Of a stretch of DNA of 64,000 nucleotides, positions 14,801-29,499 are shown piece by piece (position 1 is the first letter of the stretch; each line of letters starts with the position of its first letter). Both the position numbers and the translations under genes were made by a program. The notes beneath the pieces are model-generated. The model was not told the DNA's origin. It ran no database searches and was given only the letters and a program-made list of their open reading frames with translations. Origin of the DNA: Chrysomallon squamiferum (Eukaryota; Animalia; Mollusca); NCBI GenBank assembly GCA_012295275.1, contig CM022671.1, positions 9,424,001 through 9,488,000 of the forward strand, given 5' to 3'.

Positions 14801-15612
14801 AGAAAGAGAATTTACTTTATGGAGATATGCTGGTAATCAGTCAAGATATAACTAAAATATAAAGAAATATAAAATTATAATATATTTTATGTTACAAAAA
14901 TACTAATGATATCAAAGTAAAATTAAAAAGCTATATAACTATTATGTAAATTTGGTTTAAAAAAGTAAAATGATATTAGTGATTTATGAAATAAAGTGAA
15001 ATAATAAGATGTAAAATTAAATTATTTATTTAACCAAAAATACTAATGATAATAAAGACATTATAGAACAAAAAATAAAGTGAAATAAAGATATGTAATA
15101 TTAGATACCTCAATCATGTTACAGAAATACTAACGCTATCAGCAAAAGCAGAAAATAAAATTAGATATGTAATTTATATTAAAAATATATAAATGTTAAT
15201 AAGAACAATATCAGTAAAAGTGATTTTAATACTAAACAAAAAATCTTGCAAAAAAAATGCAGTAAAAAGGAAAAAATAAAATCAGTGACACTATGGCAGT
15301 TTAGATTTATAATATTCATATAATAAGCTTAGTATTAAAATGTTTCTAAATATAATTTGAATGTTTGAAAATGTTTGTATGTGTGTTTGCTTGGGTAAGT
15401 ATATATGTAATGCAAACATTTGTACACCAATAAAAAGGAAATCAATGACATTATGGCAGTTTAGGTTATAATAATAAGTTTAGTATTAAAATATCTCTAA
15501 ATATAATTTGAACTTATGTTTGAAATTTGTGTATGTGTTTGCATGAGCAAGTGTGTACGTATGCATATATGTAGATATGTGTGATGTGCATACATACACC
15601 TGTATGTTTTAC

Positions 15613-18600
15613 CTGTTAGCTTGTTTCAGGTCACTGACAAACTCTGCTGACTGCTGATGTTTGATTTCTGAGTTTTTAGAGATTTTCTCTAGAGCAGCCA
15701 CTAACTCTTGTACCTGAGTCATTTTTTTCTCTTCTGAGTGACTCACACAGGTCCTGAGCTATCTCCATCACATCATTCAATCTCAACTCACATATAGCTG
15801 GCACTGTCAGTTCATCATCTTCATCATCCTGATGATAAATGATTATTCATTGAAATTTTTTAGTAATTATGAAAGCTATCAGATTATCATCCTTGTTATT
15901 ATGATATACAATTAAAATTTGATTATAATAATTAAATTAAAATTGTATAAACCATAAACAGTTATCTTCTTCATCATGATGATAAATGATTGAAACTCTG
16001 TTACCTAACAAAATTAAAATTATTAAATGATGAATCAAGATTTAAAACATTTAAAATTTGAATAATTACAAAGGTTTTGATTTCATTATTATTTTAAAAG
16101 AACAAGTTCAGTAGTTATGGCATACAAAATCAATATTATGACATAACGTATCATTATTTTATTATTACATTTCTGTTACACTCAGTATTCTTAGAAAACA
16201 TACTGTTTAAAATTATAATAAAGAACTGTGAATACAGCATCAGTAGTTATGACACACAGAATCAATGACATTATATAGTAAGTTATTCTTTAGTTTTCTG
16301 TGTTTATATTAACAAGTCAGTACATTTAGAATACTCACTTAATAAAATAAATAGACAGTCTATCAAGTAAGTTATTATTATTTGCATGTGTTTATATGAC
16401 AAATCAGTGTTTTAGAATACACACATAATAAAATCAGTTGACAGTATATGAAGTTGGTTATTATTATTTAATTTTTTCTCTGTTTAAATCAACATTTAAA
16501 ACATACAAAGCATAACAAATAATAAAATCAATAATGTGAAATATATCTACTGTGTATGTTTCCACTGTTTATATACCTGCTAGTCTAGCTAGAAGAGATA
16601 AAGTGATAGATAAAACAGAGATAATCACATATTTGTGTTTATCCAGTCTGGTTATATAATTATAAATATATATATATATATATAAACTATCTAACTTAGA
16701 AGAGATAAAGTGATAGATAACACAGAGATAATCACATGTTTGTGTTTGCCATCTCTGCCCAGTCTCTGCTGGTGCTCTGAGATCTCACACTTGAGAAGCT
16801 CTATCTGTACTCTGTAGGCCTGCTCCTGTGACTCCTTACCACTCAGTCTCCTTCTCCATAAAGTAGTTCTGACTTTCAGCTCCACCTTCTCCTCCTGAAA
16901 AATAATTCATATGTAAATGACAAAGTCCAAAGTGTGTATATTCAGTCTGCCTAGAATTCAGAAAATGATTTAATATAAATGGAATAAGACACAAAGACCA
17001 AACTGCCATTAATAAAAAACAAAATAAAAAATTAAAGAAAAAGTACAAGTAAATGCAAGTTAATATAGTAAAAAACTGAAACACAATTTTCATGACAAAA
17101 TTAATAAAATTAAGAATGCCTGTTTGATTAGTCTGTCTGATTTTTTTTCCTTCCCAAAGAAGGTCAGATGCTTGGTTAGGGCTACATTTCATAAGACTGC
17201 CCTTCATAGCCATCAGCTCCAACATTAACACAGCATTTTCCAAATCCAGTCTTTGAGCTTCTGGAGTTTTCTTGGGTTCAAGCCATACAATATAAGCGAA
17301 GGAAAAAGCAATCTCAATAATTAAGTTTTGTGTATCAATTCTACCTACAAATAAAAATATAAATATAATTATTTTAATATTTATGCAGAGTTACCTTTCT
17401 TTTCAACTTCTCCCTGTCATCATTAATATATTCAATATGGCTACATAGCTGTGTAAGTTATATTTCCTGTCTGCCTATCTGTTCTTGTTCACATTCACCG
17501 TTGACATTTTCTCTGTCTTTTCTTACGTCTAAAATTACTAAAAAAAATACACGAAGCGAATTTTAATTTTATTTGTAAATTTAATTCAATTTTTCTCTTC
17601 TGATCAAATTAACTGATTGAAAAAATATCTCATTTTAATTATATATTTATTTGGAACTTTTCTTTTTAATTCATTCAATTATTCTAACAGTAAGAAAATG
17701 AGAAAAATATATAATTTTAATTATATATTTATTTGTTACATTTTTTTAAGTGCCTTCTAGCAGTAAGTAAACGAGAAAAAACAAATTATTATAATTTAAT
17801 ATTTAAAAAATCCAACAAATTATAATATGTTGCTATATATATAATAAATTAAAATTAAAATTAATAAAGTTTTAAAACAATTGGACATCTGTCTAAAACA
17901 GCCAAAACTGTACAGTCAAAAAATAAATATAAAAGTAAATGATACCAGGTCTCGCAAACTGGGAGCCATTTGCATTATTCTCGTTTATACTTCCTCCATC
18001 ATCGCTTTTGTCCGATCATCTTCTTCTCTACACAGAAATGAAAAGAAAAGAAAAACAAAAAAAAAACGTTCAAATGTGTTTACACTTTCTGGAATTTGGT
18101 ATTTTCAACAAATTCCTAGAAATTATTTCTTAGTCTTTCATTAAACACAGTAAAGAACAGCAAGCTAATGGTGTTGTTTTACATCTGAATAATGACTGAC
18201 TTGACTCATACAATGAAAGAAAACAAATGGTTAAATGTCTTCGCATATTTCTGGAACTTCGGGTTTTCAGGAATTTTTTCTTGTCCATTAAAAACAGTGA
18301 AAAACCAGCAAACAAATGGTATTATTTTACAATACATAATGACAAGCCAAAACTATGTTTCATTATGTGTCCAGATATATTATATTATTGTTTTTATCAT
18401 TCATTAAAAGCAGGGAAGAAAAGCAAACTCACACTAAATATTATTTAATAAAGACCACTGACCTGATGACATTAATCTGGTGTCTGTTTTCTTCATCAGC
18501 TCTGCAATGACGCTGTGAAGTTTAGTGGCGCGTTCCTCGTAGAATCACTAAAATATTTGAAGTTTTGAATGGTTTTTGGATATAACAGCCTTATAAATTA

Positions 18601-19144
18601 AAAACATACAGACTAAATTCTCTTAGTATTCAAAATAACAACAGACATTTTTTTTTATGAATTTGAATTAGTATATATTGTATTTATTGAACCTATGTTC
18701 TCTTTGTTTCAGTGTCTGCTTGAGAAAACATCATAAATAAATAATCAAATAAATACATAAATAACCAAATAAGGCAGAAAGTAAATATATAATAATTAAA
18801 ACTTTTTAAATTTAAATTTGGTCATCAGATTAACGTAAATATTTTCTAAATCTTTTCCATGAAGATAGCCAGAGTAGCTTTAAATCATCACCAAGAGTTA
18901 TTGCCAAACACGTTATTTTCTAGTCAGGCTATATTCTTAGAATAAAACATTAAAATGCAGGTGGAGATTTAATTTCAGGCTAATGTGAGGATAAAAAAAA
19001 AAAAAATAAAAAAAAAAAATCATTTCTTACCTGACATTTAGTTAGTTATTTTTCTAAATGATCACTTTCGGCTGTTACTTGTGCCAACCTGTTGTTCAGC
19101 TCGATTATCTCCCATTTCAGAGAGGTCAAGGCCGCCTGGTCTAG
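15613..19144 (-). pseudogene. MCC: MCC (mutated in colorectal cancer / colorectal mutant cancer protein) pseudogene, spliced, internally deleted
   Basis: Exons 19031-19144 LDQAALTSLKWEIIELNNRLAQVTAESDHLEK*LTKCQ; 18463-~18550 YEERATKLHSVIAEL; 17946-18027 REEDD..; ~17202-17285 EAQRLDLENAVLMLELMAMK; ~16748-16894 EEKVELK..QNYFMEKE..GKESQEQAYRVQIELLKCE; 15613-~15830 VQELVAALEKISKNSEIKHQQSAEFVSDLKQAN. These match recalled MCC motifs (AALASLKGDIVELNKRL, YEERITELHSVIAEL, RLDLENAVLMQELMAMKEE, HQQSAEFVNDLKRAN). In-frame stop and frameshifts. Confidence 0.88.
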
Positions 19145-19278
19145 CTGGGAAAGAAAAGAAATAATTTTAAATTATTACATTTTGCAACTAAATTAAAACA
19201 TGTTATTTTTGAATTTTTGTGATTTAGTCTGTTTTATCATTCCTAAAGCTAATTAATGAAAAAAATATCGATAATGAA

Positions 19279-19345
<67 letters not shown>

Positions 19346-20176
19346 CACAAATAGTGATAATAAACTAAATATTTAAAAATAAAATACATACGTACATGTA
19401 TAAGTTGTTGTTACTGCTCGTTACGTTAAAACGCATGTGTGTGTGTGTTTGTGTGTGAAAGTGATTTATATTGTAAGCTATTTTATAAAACTCAGCTATA
19501 AATACTACTTGTATTATTTGTATTAGTTATTACTCAATAAAATTACTCAAAAAAATTAAAGTTGAGTCTTGTGACAAGATTCTATATAGTAGTGTTTAAT
19601 AAGTTATTTTCGATTATCTCCCTTCAGCTACTATTTTTATTTATTTATTTATATATTTTTTTTTCTGTTTGGAGGGTTGACGGTGTACGTCATTGCACAC
19701 CACAGAAAATCGCTGATAACGAAACGTCATATATAGCTGTATAATGAGTAATAAATGTAAATGTATAGGTGTGTTCAAGGAATATCAATTTATATACAGT
19801 AAACAACATAACGTATCTATTAATGTGTGATAAATAACTAAAATATAAGCAATAAAAATAAATACAGTGGACTGTCAAAACCGGATTCACTGAGACCAGC
19901 GTGGTATGCCGTTTTAGACAGTGCCGATTTACAAACATTAAAATAACATAAAACTGAAATATTTGTTTTATTATTACAAATGCTAGTGGTCTATCAGTTG
20001 TCTCTGTCGACTGCGTTTTCTTCATATTCCTCTCTAAACTCCTCTGTCATGGCTTCCAAGTCTTACATTAATTACAAAAGCTGCTTTCGATAACAGCAGC
20101 AAAAGATTTAATTTGTTTGCCACTTTAAGATAATCAGTGTACGAAAGTTTGTTTGTATCGTCAGTCCATTCAGATT

Positions 20177-20177
<1 letters not shown>

Positions 20178-20257
<80 letters not shown>
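20178..20257. repeat. (AAT)n microsatellite (others at ~810-846, 19280-19343, 53843-53890, 61672-61708)
   Basis: Direct observation. Confidence 0.97.
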
Positions 20258-20260
<3 letters not shown>

Positions 20261-20564
20261 TCATATATTCATGACGTAACCAATACAGTTTGTATACCTA
20301 CAACAAACCGGCCATCTGAAATGTTCGAGGATAATTTATGCAATGCACAGCGAGAACTGACATTTATGATAATTCTGTAAAATAAAAATGAATTAGGAAA
20401 ATACCGAATCGCATGTTACCTCAGTGTGGTGAATTTTATACATTTTTTTTTTGTTATACATTTTAATTCAGTAAAACAAGCAAAAATGAAAGACAGTCTA
20501 TTTTAACTCAGTGAATTAATAAGTAATAAGCTGTTTTCTGTGTGTATGTGTGTATTAGACAGAC

Positions 20565-20629
<65 letters not shown>

Positions 20630-21504
20630 CAGTTTCTAATATAAGTGTACTTCTTTGTTGACCTCATTGTTTAACGCATCATACACGTAATGACAATTTA
20701 CATCTACAATGGACAGCTAATTATATATATATGTATATATATATATATGATTTAATTATTACAAGCAGTGTAAACCATTATTGACTACTGATAATACAAA
20801 TTTGCTGTGCATATCAAAAAAGACTTGTCGACGTTTGGCTGAAATAAGTAGACACTGGTAAATTTAATACTTTGAACATACGGACCGATGAAAAATAACA
20901 ATTTAAAAAAAAAAAAATTATTATAAATATTCACATACAGCATATTTGAGTATTTTGTTGTTGCTTTTTAATATTATTTTTAGTAAATAAATAAATTAAT
21001 TAATTAAACAATTCTTAAAAATATGTCTCCTTTTACAAGTTAAAACGATCTTTAATTTTCATCTGAAGAACAAAGAATTAACTAGTGTAACAGATGTTAC
21101 AATGAGCAAGCATGTTTATATAGGTTTGTCGTTGTATTTTATGTCTAAAGGCAAAGTGTAGCATTTGCAATAATCCTAAGGCCTTGAAGAAAATCGAGAG
21201 ACAAGAGGACGTAATTATTATATTTTGAACGAGAGTAATCATTTACACAAACAGGCATCTTTGAAAAATACTGCGGAATTAACCAAGAAAAAAAGAAGGG
21301 ATGAAAAAAAAAATAATAATAAAAGAAATAAAAATAAAAGAAAGCAATAAAATCCAATAACAAATACTTTTACTCTATATTTTATTATTTATTTATTATT
21401 TTAAATAAATGCCTATGGAAAATGTTTACAAAAAACAAATTAATCAATAAGCAAGAAATCTCTTTCTAGGATCTGCGCACATTAAAAGTTGCATCGTATT
21501 TCAT

Positions 21505-22975
21505 TTATTCTTCTGGATTTGTGGAACATGGTCGCTTGAATACTTGCTCTTTTTCTAGAATCCAGTACGTTGATACCCATTTAGAGCCAATAAGAACGGG
21601 ACAAGCTCCGTGAATTGTCATTTTGTTAGGTGAACCATTCCGATATAAATTATATAGCTGCACCATCCAAAATATAGCTGCACCTGCTTTAGGTTGTATT
21701 CTTACACCAAGATGAAGAAACACTTTTGCACCTCCTTCTACATCACTCAAATAGTTTAACCACGTGGCAATTCTGTTTTCACCGGAAGAATATGCTATGT
21801 TGAAATAGTCAGTATGAGCCGTGAACTGTCCGCCTATTCCATAGTTTGTCAGCTGAAGTGGTTCTGAAGCTTTCATTGAAAGACCTGTGATTGCTTCAAT
21901 TCGTTTCTGAATTATCGCGTCTACTTCTATGAAATCTCTTCCTAGACATGTATGTTTGTTAATTCTTTTCTCATATTTGATATTTTTTCCACAGTGATTG
22001 TTCAGATGCTTGTAAAAGTGGCAAAGAAACTGTTTTAATGTCTTCAATTGCAGCCTCACTGATAAAATCATGATAGAGAAAAATTTTCGGTGAGAAATGC
22101 AGAATCTCTTCTTTAGCAGGCTAAGAATTGGAAGCGGATTTTTGTTGTACTGGAAGCGACATTTCAGACGATGTCTCTGTCGTACCTTAATAACGTCTTC
22201 ACCACGACAGAGAGCATTAAAAGTTGTTTTTTCTTTAACTCTGACATTTTCTTTTCTCTTTTCTGTCCTTGAATACTTTTTCCTTCTATTCGGAGCTAAA
22301 ATTAACTGTTCATTTGTCAGATTTAAAACTTGCTCTCTCTGTACCGCTAATTCTCTACTGTTAATTTCATAGTCATGAAATACTCTCTGAATTGTTTCCG
22401 TTCTTTGTTTCTCGAGACTGATGTCCATCCAAATATGTACATAGTTGTATTTTTTCATTTTGTATGCGAGGCTACCTAAGTGATAACAGTCTTCTGCTGA
22501 TAATCTCTGTATATATCGTTCATATATAAAACCGTCTGCTAATCTTGTCCCATTTAATTTGTATCCTGAAGTCGGAACAGAGCTGCAGCGACCCTTTCTA
22601 AATCTTCATATCTTGGAAGATGTTCACGAATTTCTTGTAGTTCAGTTAGCTCTGCCTGGGACGTAATATTTTGGTGAAGAATAGGCTGAACATATTGTTC
22701 CCAGTCCAAAGTGAAACATTTAATATATAAAAATGTACCAATTGGGTTGGCTATGTAACGATTTGGGTCTTTTAGTGCGATCGAACAGTGATGTTCAGTT
22801 TGATCTGAAATTGTTTTCAACTTTTCCAATTTACTTCCTTGTTCATGAAATTTCTTAATGCTATTGCCAAGTCTCTTCCTGCTAGTACAGAGCTGTAGAG
22901 ATGTGATACGGACGTAAAGAGTTCTGAATTCACAGCTGATAAAAGCAAAACCAAAATAATGTACTGCTGATACAT
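21505..22975 (-). pseudogene. P4HA: Intronless prolyl 4-hydroxylase alpha subunit pseudogene
   Basis: ATG at 22975: signal peptide MYQQYIILVLLLSAVNS then ELFTSVSHL; ANPIGTFLYIK; EDLERVAAALFRLQDT; LSAEDCYHLG; catalytic EPLQLTNYGIGGQFTAHTDYF, NRIATWLNYLSDVEGG, TIHGACPVLIGSKWV; at least four frameshifts; no introns. Confidence 0.92.
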
Positions 22976-23439
22976 ATTTGAAGATATCCTACTACTGATA
23001 TGAATACCTTAATATCTGGTATAAAAATAGAGTTATGATGAATATAATTCTAAATATATATCAGTTTATTAAACTGATGGGGGAGGGATAAAATGACACG
23101 TTTCATTATTTTATCTTTCATTTCTGTTTCATTTTATTTTATTTATTTTATTATTTTTACTTTTTCTTATTTGTTGTACATTTGTTTTTATCTCCGAGTT
23201 TATGCGTGTGTGTATTTGTGTGTGTGTGTGTACGTGTGTGTCTATGTGTGTGTGTGAAACACTTTCGGTGTGTTATGTTTCTGTTATTCTTTGATTATAT
23301 GTAACTACCTATTTTTCTAGTTGTCTGTCTGTGTTTCTATCATGATGGAAATTACATTAATAACTTGATTATGTCAGAATAAAGTAAGATACAGAAGAAA
23401 AAACACTCCTCAAGAAGAAAAAGAAACATTAAAATGTGC

Positions 23440-23700
23440 ATTACAGCTGTCATTTAGAAGTGGCGCACTTCTCAAGTGATGAAGATTTAGAAGGGTTGTT
23501 TGCAGCTCTGTTTCTTCTTAAAAATACAAACAAATTAGCAACAAGATTAGCAAACGGGTTTTATAAATGAATAATGTATATGCAGATGACTGCTATCAGT
23601 TAGGTCGCCTTGCAGACAAAATGAAAAATATACAAATTGTGGATGTGGATGAGCCTTCAGAAAAAAAATCAGGAAGAATCTCGATATGGAGTCTAATTAA
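23440..23700 (+). pseudogene. P4HA: Second, inverted P4HA N-terminal fragment
   Basis: SDEDLEGLFAALFLLKNTNKLATRLANGF..ADDCYQLGRLADKMK, homologous to 22440-22620 on the opposite strand. Confidence 0.75.
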
Positions 23701-26700
23701 ATGTCAGTTTTAAGTTATTAATCTTGCAAACTCTGATATTAGCAGCATTAAGTAAATAAATAGGGTACAGTAAAGTGATATTAGCAGCATTAACAAAAAG
23801 ATTTGTCTCATTTTTATTATTATTATTATTGTTGTTTTGTTGTTGTTGTTATAGCTAAAAAAATAGTATAAACAATAAACATAATAAAATACTCATAAAA
23901 CTATGAAACACCAACAACAACAACAAAAAAAAAAACAGCTTGAATAAGTAAACATTGACTGAAACAAACAATTTATACTCCGATCTACGAACACAGTAAA
24001 CAGTTTAATAAACAAGACAGAAACTTTACAAATAAACAGTGGCAATCAAACGTAAATAAAGAGAAAAGTCCACTGAGGTGTTTACGTAACCGATTTAGAA
24101 GAGTTTTAATAAAAAGCTCAGTAACAGAGAGGGTAAGACATTCCTCAATAAAAAAATAAATCTAGTCTGACGTTGTTAGTCTCTAGGTCAACCAGTCCCT
24201 GGCTACCTAGATACATTCCACAGTATTAGCTCAAAAACAAAATTATAAAACAAATAACAAAAATATACAAAACTTTTATAATATTTAAAAAATAAATCGT
24301 TTCGAGTAAAGCATCTGTTAGCAAGACAGACCTTAAGTGAAAACATTTATTTTAGAAGTAAGAAAAAATGTTGTAGCAACTACTCACTGGGTGTATTCAT
24401 TAATGATTCACAGGAAGTCATTCCATCAACAGCTGAGCAGTATAGACGTATTTTTAAATGTCAGAATATTATGAAATGCTTTGTAAAGCGCTATGGTGAT
24501 TTAAGTTTGTCTATATTATTACTATTACTTTATTTGCGATGGCACTAATACTTAAACAAGAGAACGTAATAATTGTTTTAGAACCAGAGTAAACTCCAAC
24601 GTTTACAGAACTATCTTCTTAAAAATGGGTTAGTTGGCTCGAAAAATATCGCGAATTCTTCTTATTCGTACTATTATTATTATTATTATTATTATTTGCT
24701 GTTGTTGTTGATGTTGTTGTTGTTATTGTTATATCTTTTCCTCGCTTGCATAAGACGTTATTAATAAATTACATTATTTGCTTTCTAAAATTGACTTTTA
24801 TTATTATTATTTATTATTTATTCATAATGAGTGTATACGCTATATAGGAACGATATTTTTGTTAGTTAATATGTGCATCAGATATGTTTTAATGATGGCT
24901 GCTGCATTATGGACTAAAGACCTAATTACTGAATGTATGGTTGAGGAATGCAGGAACACTGTGTGGATGGATGGGTGTTTGTAAGCATGTACGGAGAGAC
25001 TGGTGGATGGATGAGTAGAGAGATTTCTGATAAATTAATGCTTGAAAGGATAGATTGAGACATGAAAATATCGGCTAGAAATGTGATTGATGTAGAATGA
25101 AATACATAAATATCTGGATACATATTTAACACAAGAGAGACAGAGACAGAGCCAGAGTATGGGCTGTTATAAATCTACAGAAACAAGTCAGTATTCCTGT
25201 CTCCCTCTCACTATTTTAATTTTTGCTCGTTAATATCAGTAATTACTCTTTAAAAAAAATAACAATATTTATCATTTGTAAGGTGTAAATAGCCAATAGA
25301 AAATAATAAGAAAAAATAAGCATATAATTTCCTTGCCATACCGGTTTCTATAAATTTCCATTTCTATTTTTCTGTCTTTCAATCTCTGTATTCATCCAGC
25401 ACTGTAATTGTCTTTCTGACTCTCTGTCTGTCTGTTCATCTATTCATCTATTCTTCTCTTTCTGTAAATTTGTAAATTTGTCAACACTGTGGGTCTGTTC
25501 ATCAGTCTCTCTGTTAAACTTACAGGTATTAAAACCTTCTGTCTGTTTGTCCAGCTGTCTGTCCATCTAATCAATCTAGCTATCTCCGAGTTTGTTTCTA
25601 TCCATCTCTCTTTCTGTCTCTCAGTCTCTCTTTAGATTGTTCAGTATTTGAACATATTTGTCACTCTAATCTGTGTCTCTAACTATCTGAATCAGTTATT
25701 CTGTTCATTAATCTTTCTCTCGCTGTCTGCATGTTTGTCTGCCTGTTCACTCTGTCTTTCTGTATGTTAGTCTAACCAGTCAGCCTTATTATAACCATCT
25801 ACAATCCATGTAACCATGCTTTTCACTATCTGTCTGTCCACCTATCTGTCTATCTATCAACATGTATCTTTATCATTCATTATCAATTCATCTATATAGT
25901 GAATATCTCTCTATCACTTGTTTCTCTCTCTGCCATTATCACTTCTATGTCTCTCTGCTGATAAATGTGTCGTTTCTATGTCTCTCTACACATATCACTC
26001 TCTGCCTAAATGTCAATTACCTGTCTGTGTCTCTCCACCTATATCTGTCACTTGTCCCTTTCGCTATATCCCCTAATACTTGATAAACTCTGAAATGATA
26101 AACACTGCAGAAAACATTGATAATAAAGCAGCGATGATATTTTATTTCACTGGTAGAGGTTCTGTGTATGACTAAAATACTGAAGGATCTTAGATATTAA
26201 TATTAATATTAATAAATGTATTTATATATGCATTTGTCCCTGTAAACGGCAACTGAAATGGCCTTTGTATTGCAGTAATGAACAAAAAAATGTATTGTTA
26301 TTATGAAGAACGCTGTTTACCACATAAAATGGAACTGAACGACACTATTTATAGTTTATTTGCTTCAACCAGACCTGTTTATACTAATACATTTAAATTC
26401 AGCGAAAGAACCGTAATATTTTACTTTTATATATAGCTCTCTAGATTATATCTAGTTGAATATTAATTGTCTAACTATCAAATTAATTTTTAGGGGAGTT
26501 AATTAAGAAGTAATCTGTAATAGCGCAATATATTTCCAGAGTTAGATTTCCAGATTCATGTTTTTAATACATACTATTACCGCTACGCCTCTGTTAACAA
26601 ACATAAAACATGTAACAAATAGTGATGGCGGTTCTTATTTTCATAACGTCGTGTAAAATTACACTACTTAGCTTTTCAGTGAAACATGTTAATAAAATGT

Positions 26701-29198
26701 CACATTAGTATGAAAGCGTTCTCGACATTTTGGATTTCACATATAATTCTACTGTTGTTTATAAAAACAGGCTAACCCGAAACCCAATCTATATTTCTGA
26801 ATGTATACAGCGTTTTCACAGTAAAATCACACCTGTAATGTTTAGGACCGAATACTCTTTTTTCGTGGGGTGTTTTCGTGTTGTTTTTTCTCTTCCTGAC
26901 AGAAGTAGTAATAGAAGAAAGTATTATTTTTAAATTCCTGGCAAAGCGATGGATATATTTTACAAATATACTTTTTCTAAGCTGGAGTCAGTGAGATGGA
27001 TAAAAATGAAGGTGATTTTCATTAATTACACCATAGATTGTGTTTTTAATTAGTGTTCTGGTAATTAATATGTAGTAAGTATATTTTAAACATTCTGGTA
27101 GTTGTTTGTCCTGTACAACGGCGAGTGTTTTGTGAAGAAACGTTTGGGTGAAACTTGTGAAGACAAAATCGGACTGTTCAGACGTGTAGCTGACTGTTTC
27201 ATTAAAAAAAATCTTTTGTTCTTCCAAAATCAGTGTCGAGTCATGATAAAAATCGTATTGGAGTAATTACTGAAACACGAAACTTTGACGTACAGTGAAG
27301 TTTTCTAGACATAATTTGTGACGCTGCACAGAGTTTATGTTCTATAAACAAATAAGATTTTAGTTTTATATGAATAAACTGAGGTTCAACCAAAAATAGA
27401 ATGATATAGTATAAAAAAATATATACCTGAAATAATCATTTTATTTCCTTTCTCACTTTTGTCTTTTTCCCTTGTTTCAGTAGTCTTTCTTAATTTTTAT
27501 TTTATTATCATTTTAATTAGTATTATTGTAGTTTTTGTTGTTTACAAAAATAAATAACAACATTAAATTCTGGGATTCAAATAAAGTATAACTTCTCACG
27601 TGTTCAGTATTAACAGTTATATATTTCTGAATTTACAAGTCGAGCGCTGTAAAATGCCACTATAAAATAAAAGGTCAGATAATGATTAAAGTGATATTTG
27701 ATTAACAACAGAACAGATTACACTAAAAAGCTCTTCATGATGCTGAAAACTGAGCTTTTACTTTATAAGAATCCATTCATTTCTGTTGATAAGTTGATAA
27801 ATGATGTTATGATGTAAACATGAGCGCAGTTGTAACAGGTAATTTGAAACTGTACGGCGACATTTACTGTTGTTATTAACATTATTCTTGAAAAGCCGAT
27901 AATATTCCTTTAGCTGTATCCAAGATTATACTGACAATTTTATATATATTATCAACATTTGTTATGATGCAAAACAGAGGTAATCTTAATAAAATATCGA
28001 TGTAAACAGCGGTACTTTTACTAAGATGTAAACGTAATTTCCGCCTCAGTCTCAATTTATTCGTATAAGCTGCAAAGCTGGTAGTAAATAAAAATGTAAA
28101 TTCCGTCCAATAGTCTCAAATTATCTTGAGAAATCTACGCTCACCCAAACTAAATATGATTTTATAAATATACTGTCAATATCTCATTGATTAAACTTGC
28201 ATAACGCCGTACAGATAAAGAAAATAACACGTTATTTTATAATCACGTCTCATTTTTATTGGTATAAACTTTGCCAGGTATTAGAAAATTTACATATATA
28301 TATTATTAAAAAAAGAAGCATTAAACTTATCAGCAGCGCAGTTTATAAAGCAAAATGTAGAATCAGGGAAAATAATATATTTTATATTCATTTCAAAATG
28401 TTCAACATTATCTTATTTTCTAGGTAGACTGTAAAAACTGATGACGTAATCGAGACCTCGCGTGTCACTTTGCGTCTGCTACAAATAATATCGAATGATA
28501 ATTTTAAGAGTTAATGTGCTTGTTGTCAAATAACTGCTGCATGTGAAAGACAGTGTCCTTGTTTATGTATAAATAAATACAAGTTCCAAGTGTTTTGACT
28601 GTTGTTGCCTTTTCAAAAAAGTAACAGAAAAATGTTATAAAAATAGAGATAAAAAAACAGAATTATTAATTGGATTATTTTAATTATTGTCCTTATTTTA
28701 AATTAATGAATTAACATTAAAAAATATTTGAAAATAGCTGAAATTAAGCAGATTAAAAAATAATTAAAACCAAGTATTTTTAAAACAGATTTGCAGTCAT
28801 TTTTATTTTAAAGAAAATGAAAATGAAATTATGTACTTTATTAAAAAAAAGAATATAATAATAAAATAAAATAATATAAAATTTAATTTGCTTGATTGTG
28901 GTTTCATTATGACAGTCTATGACATAAAATAAAAGTGAAATGGGTTCATAATACAAAGACATATGTCACTATAATTAATTATTGGAATGCATTGTTAGAA
29001 AAGTGGGCTTTAGTTTTGTCTTAAAATGCTACTGTAATTATGCATCCTGTTTAACAAACTTCATTTTGATTAGTAACACCATGCAGAGTGCTCTTGACTG
29101 CTCAAGATGTATAGTGTATATGTTGTATAAAAATTCATTGTTTTTACTCAAGGTAAATAACTTTAACATCTTTGTAAATATACAAAAAAGACTGAGTG

Positions 29199-29309
<111 letters not shown>

Positions 29310-29499
29310 ATAAATGTGTTTACCTAACTCAAATAAGAAGTATATATATATATATATATAAATAATGATTATGTCAGATTATCTTTTGCTAGCTGACAAC
29401 AAATACAGAAGAGCTTGATCAATATATACATAATAAAAATAAAAACATACAGACTATTCTTTATTTGTTCATAAAAATATATTTTTTTTTTTTAAATTA

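Noticed and set aside
21505-22458. 317-aa ORF as an intact P4HA CDS
   Set aside because: It lacks the N-terminus (upstream frameshifts) and its middle segment is in the wrong frame
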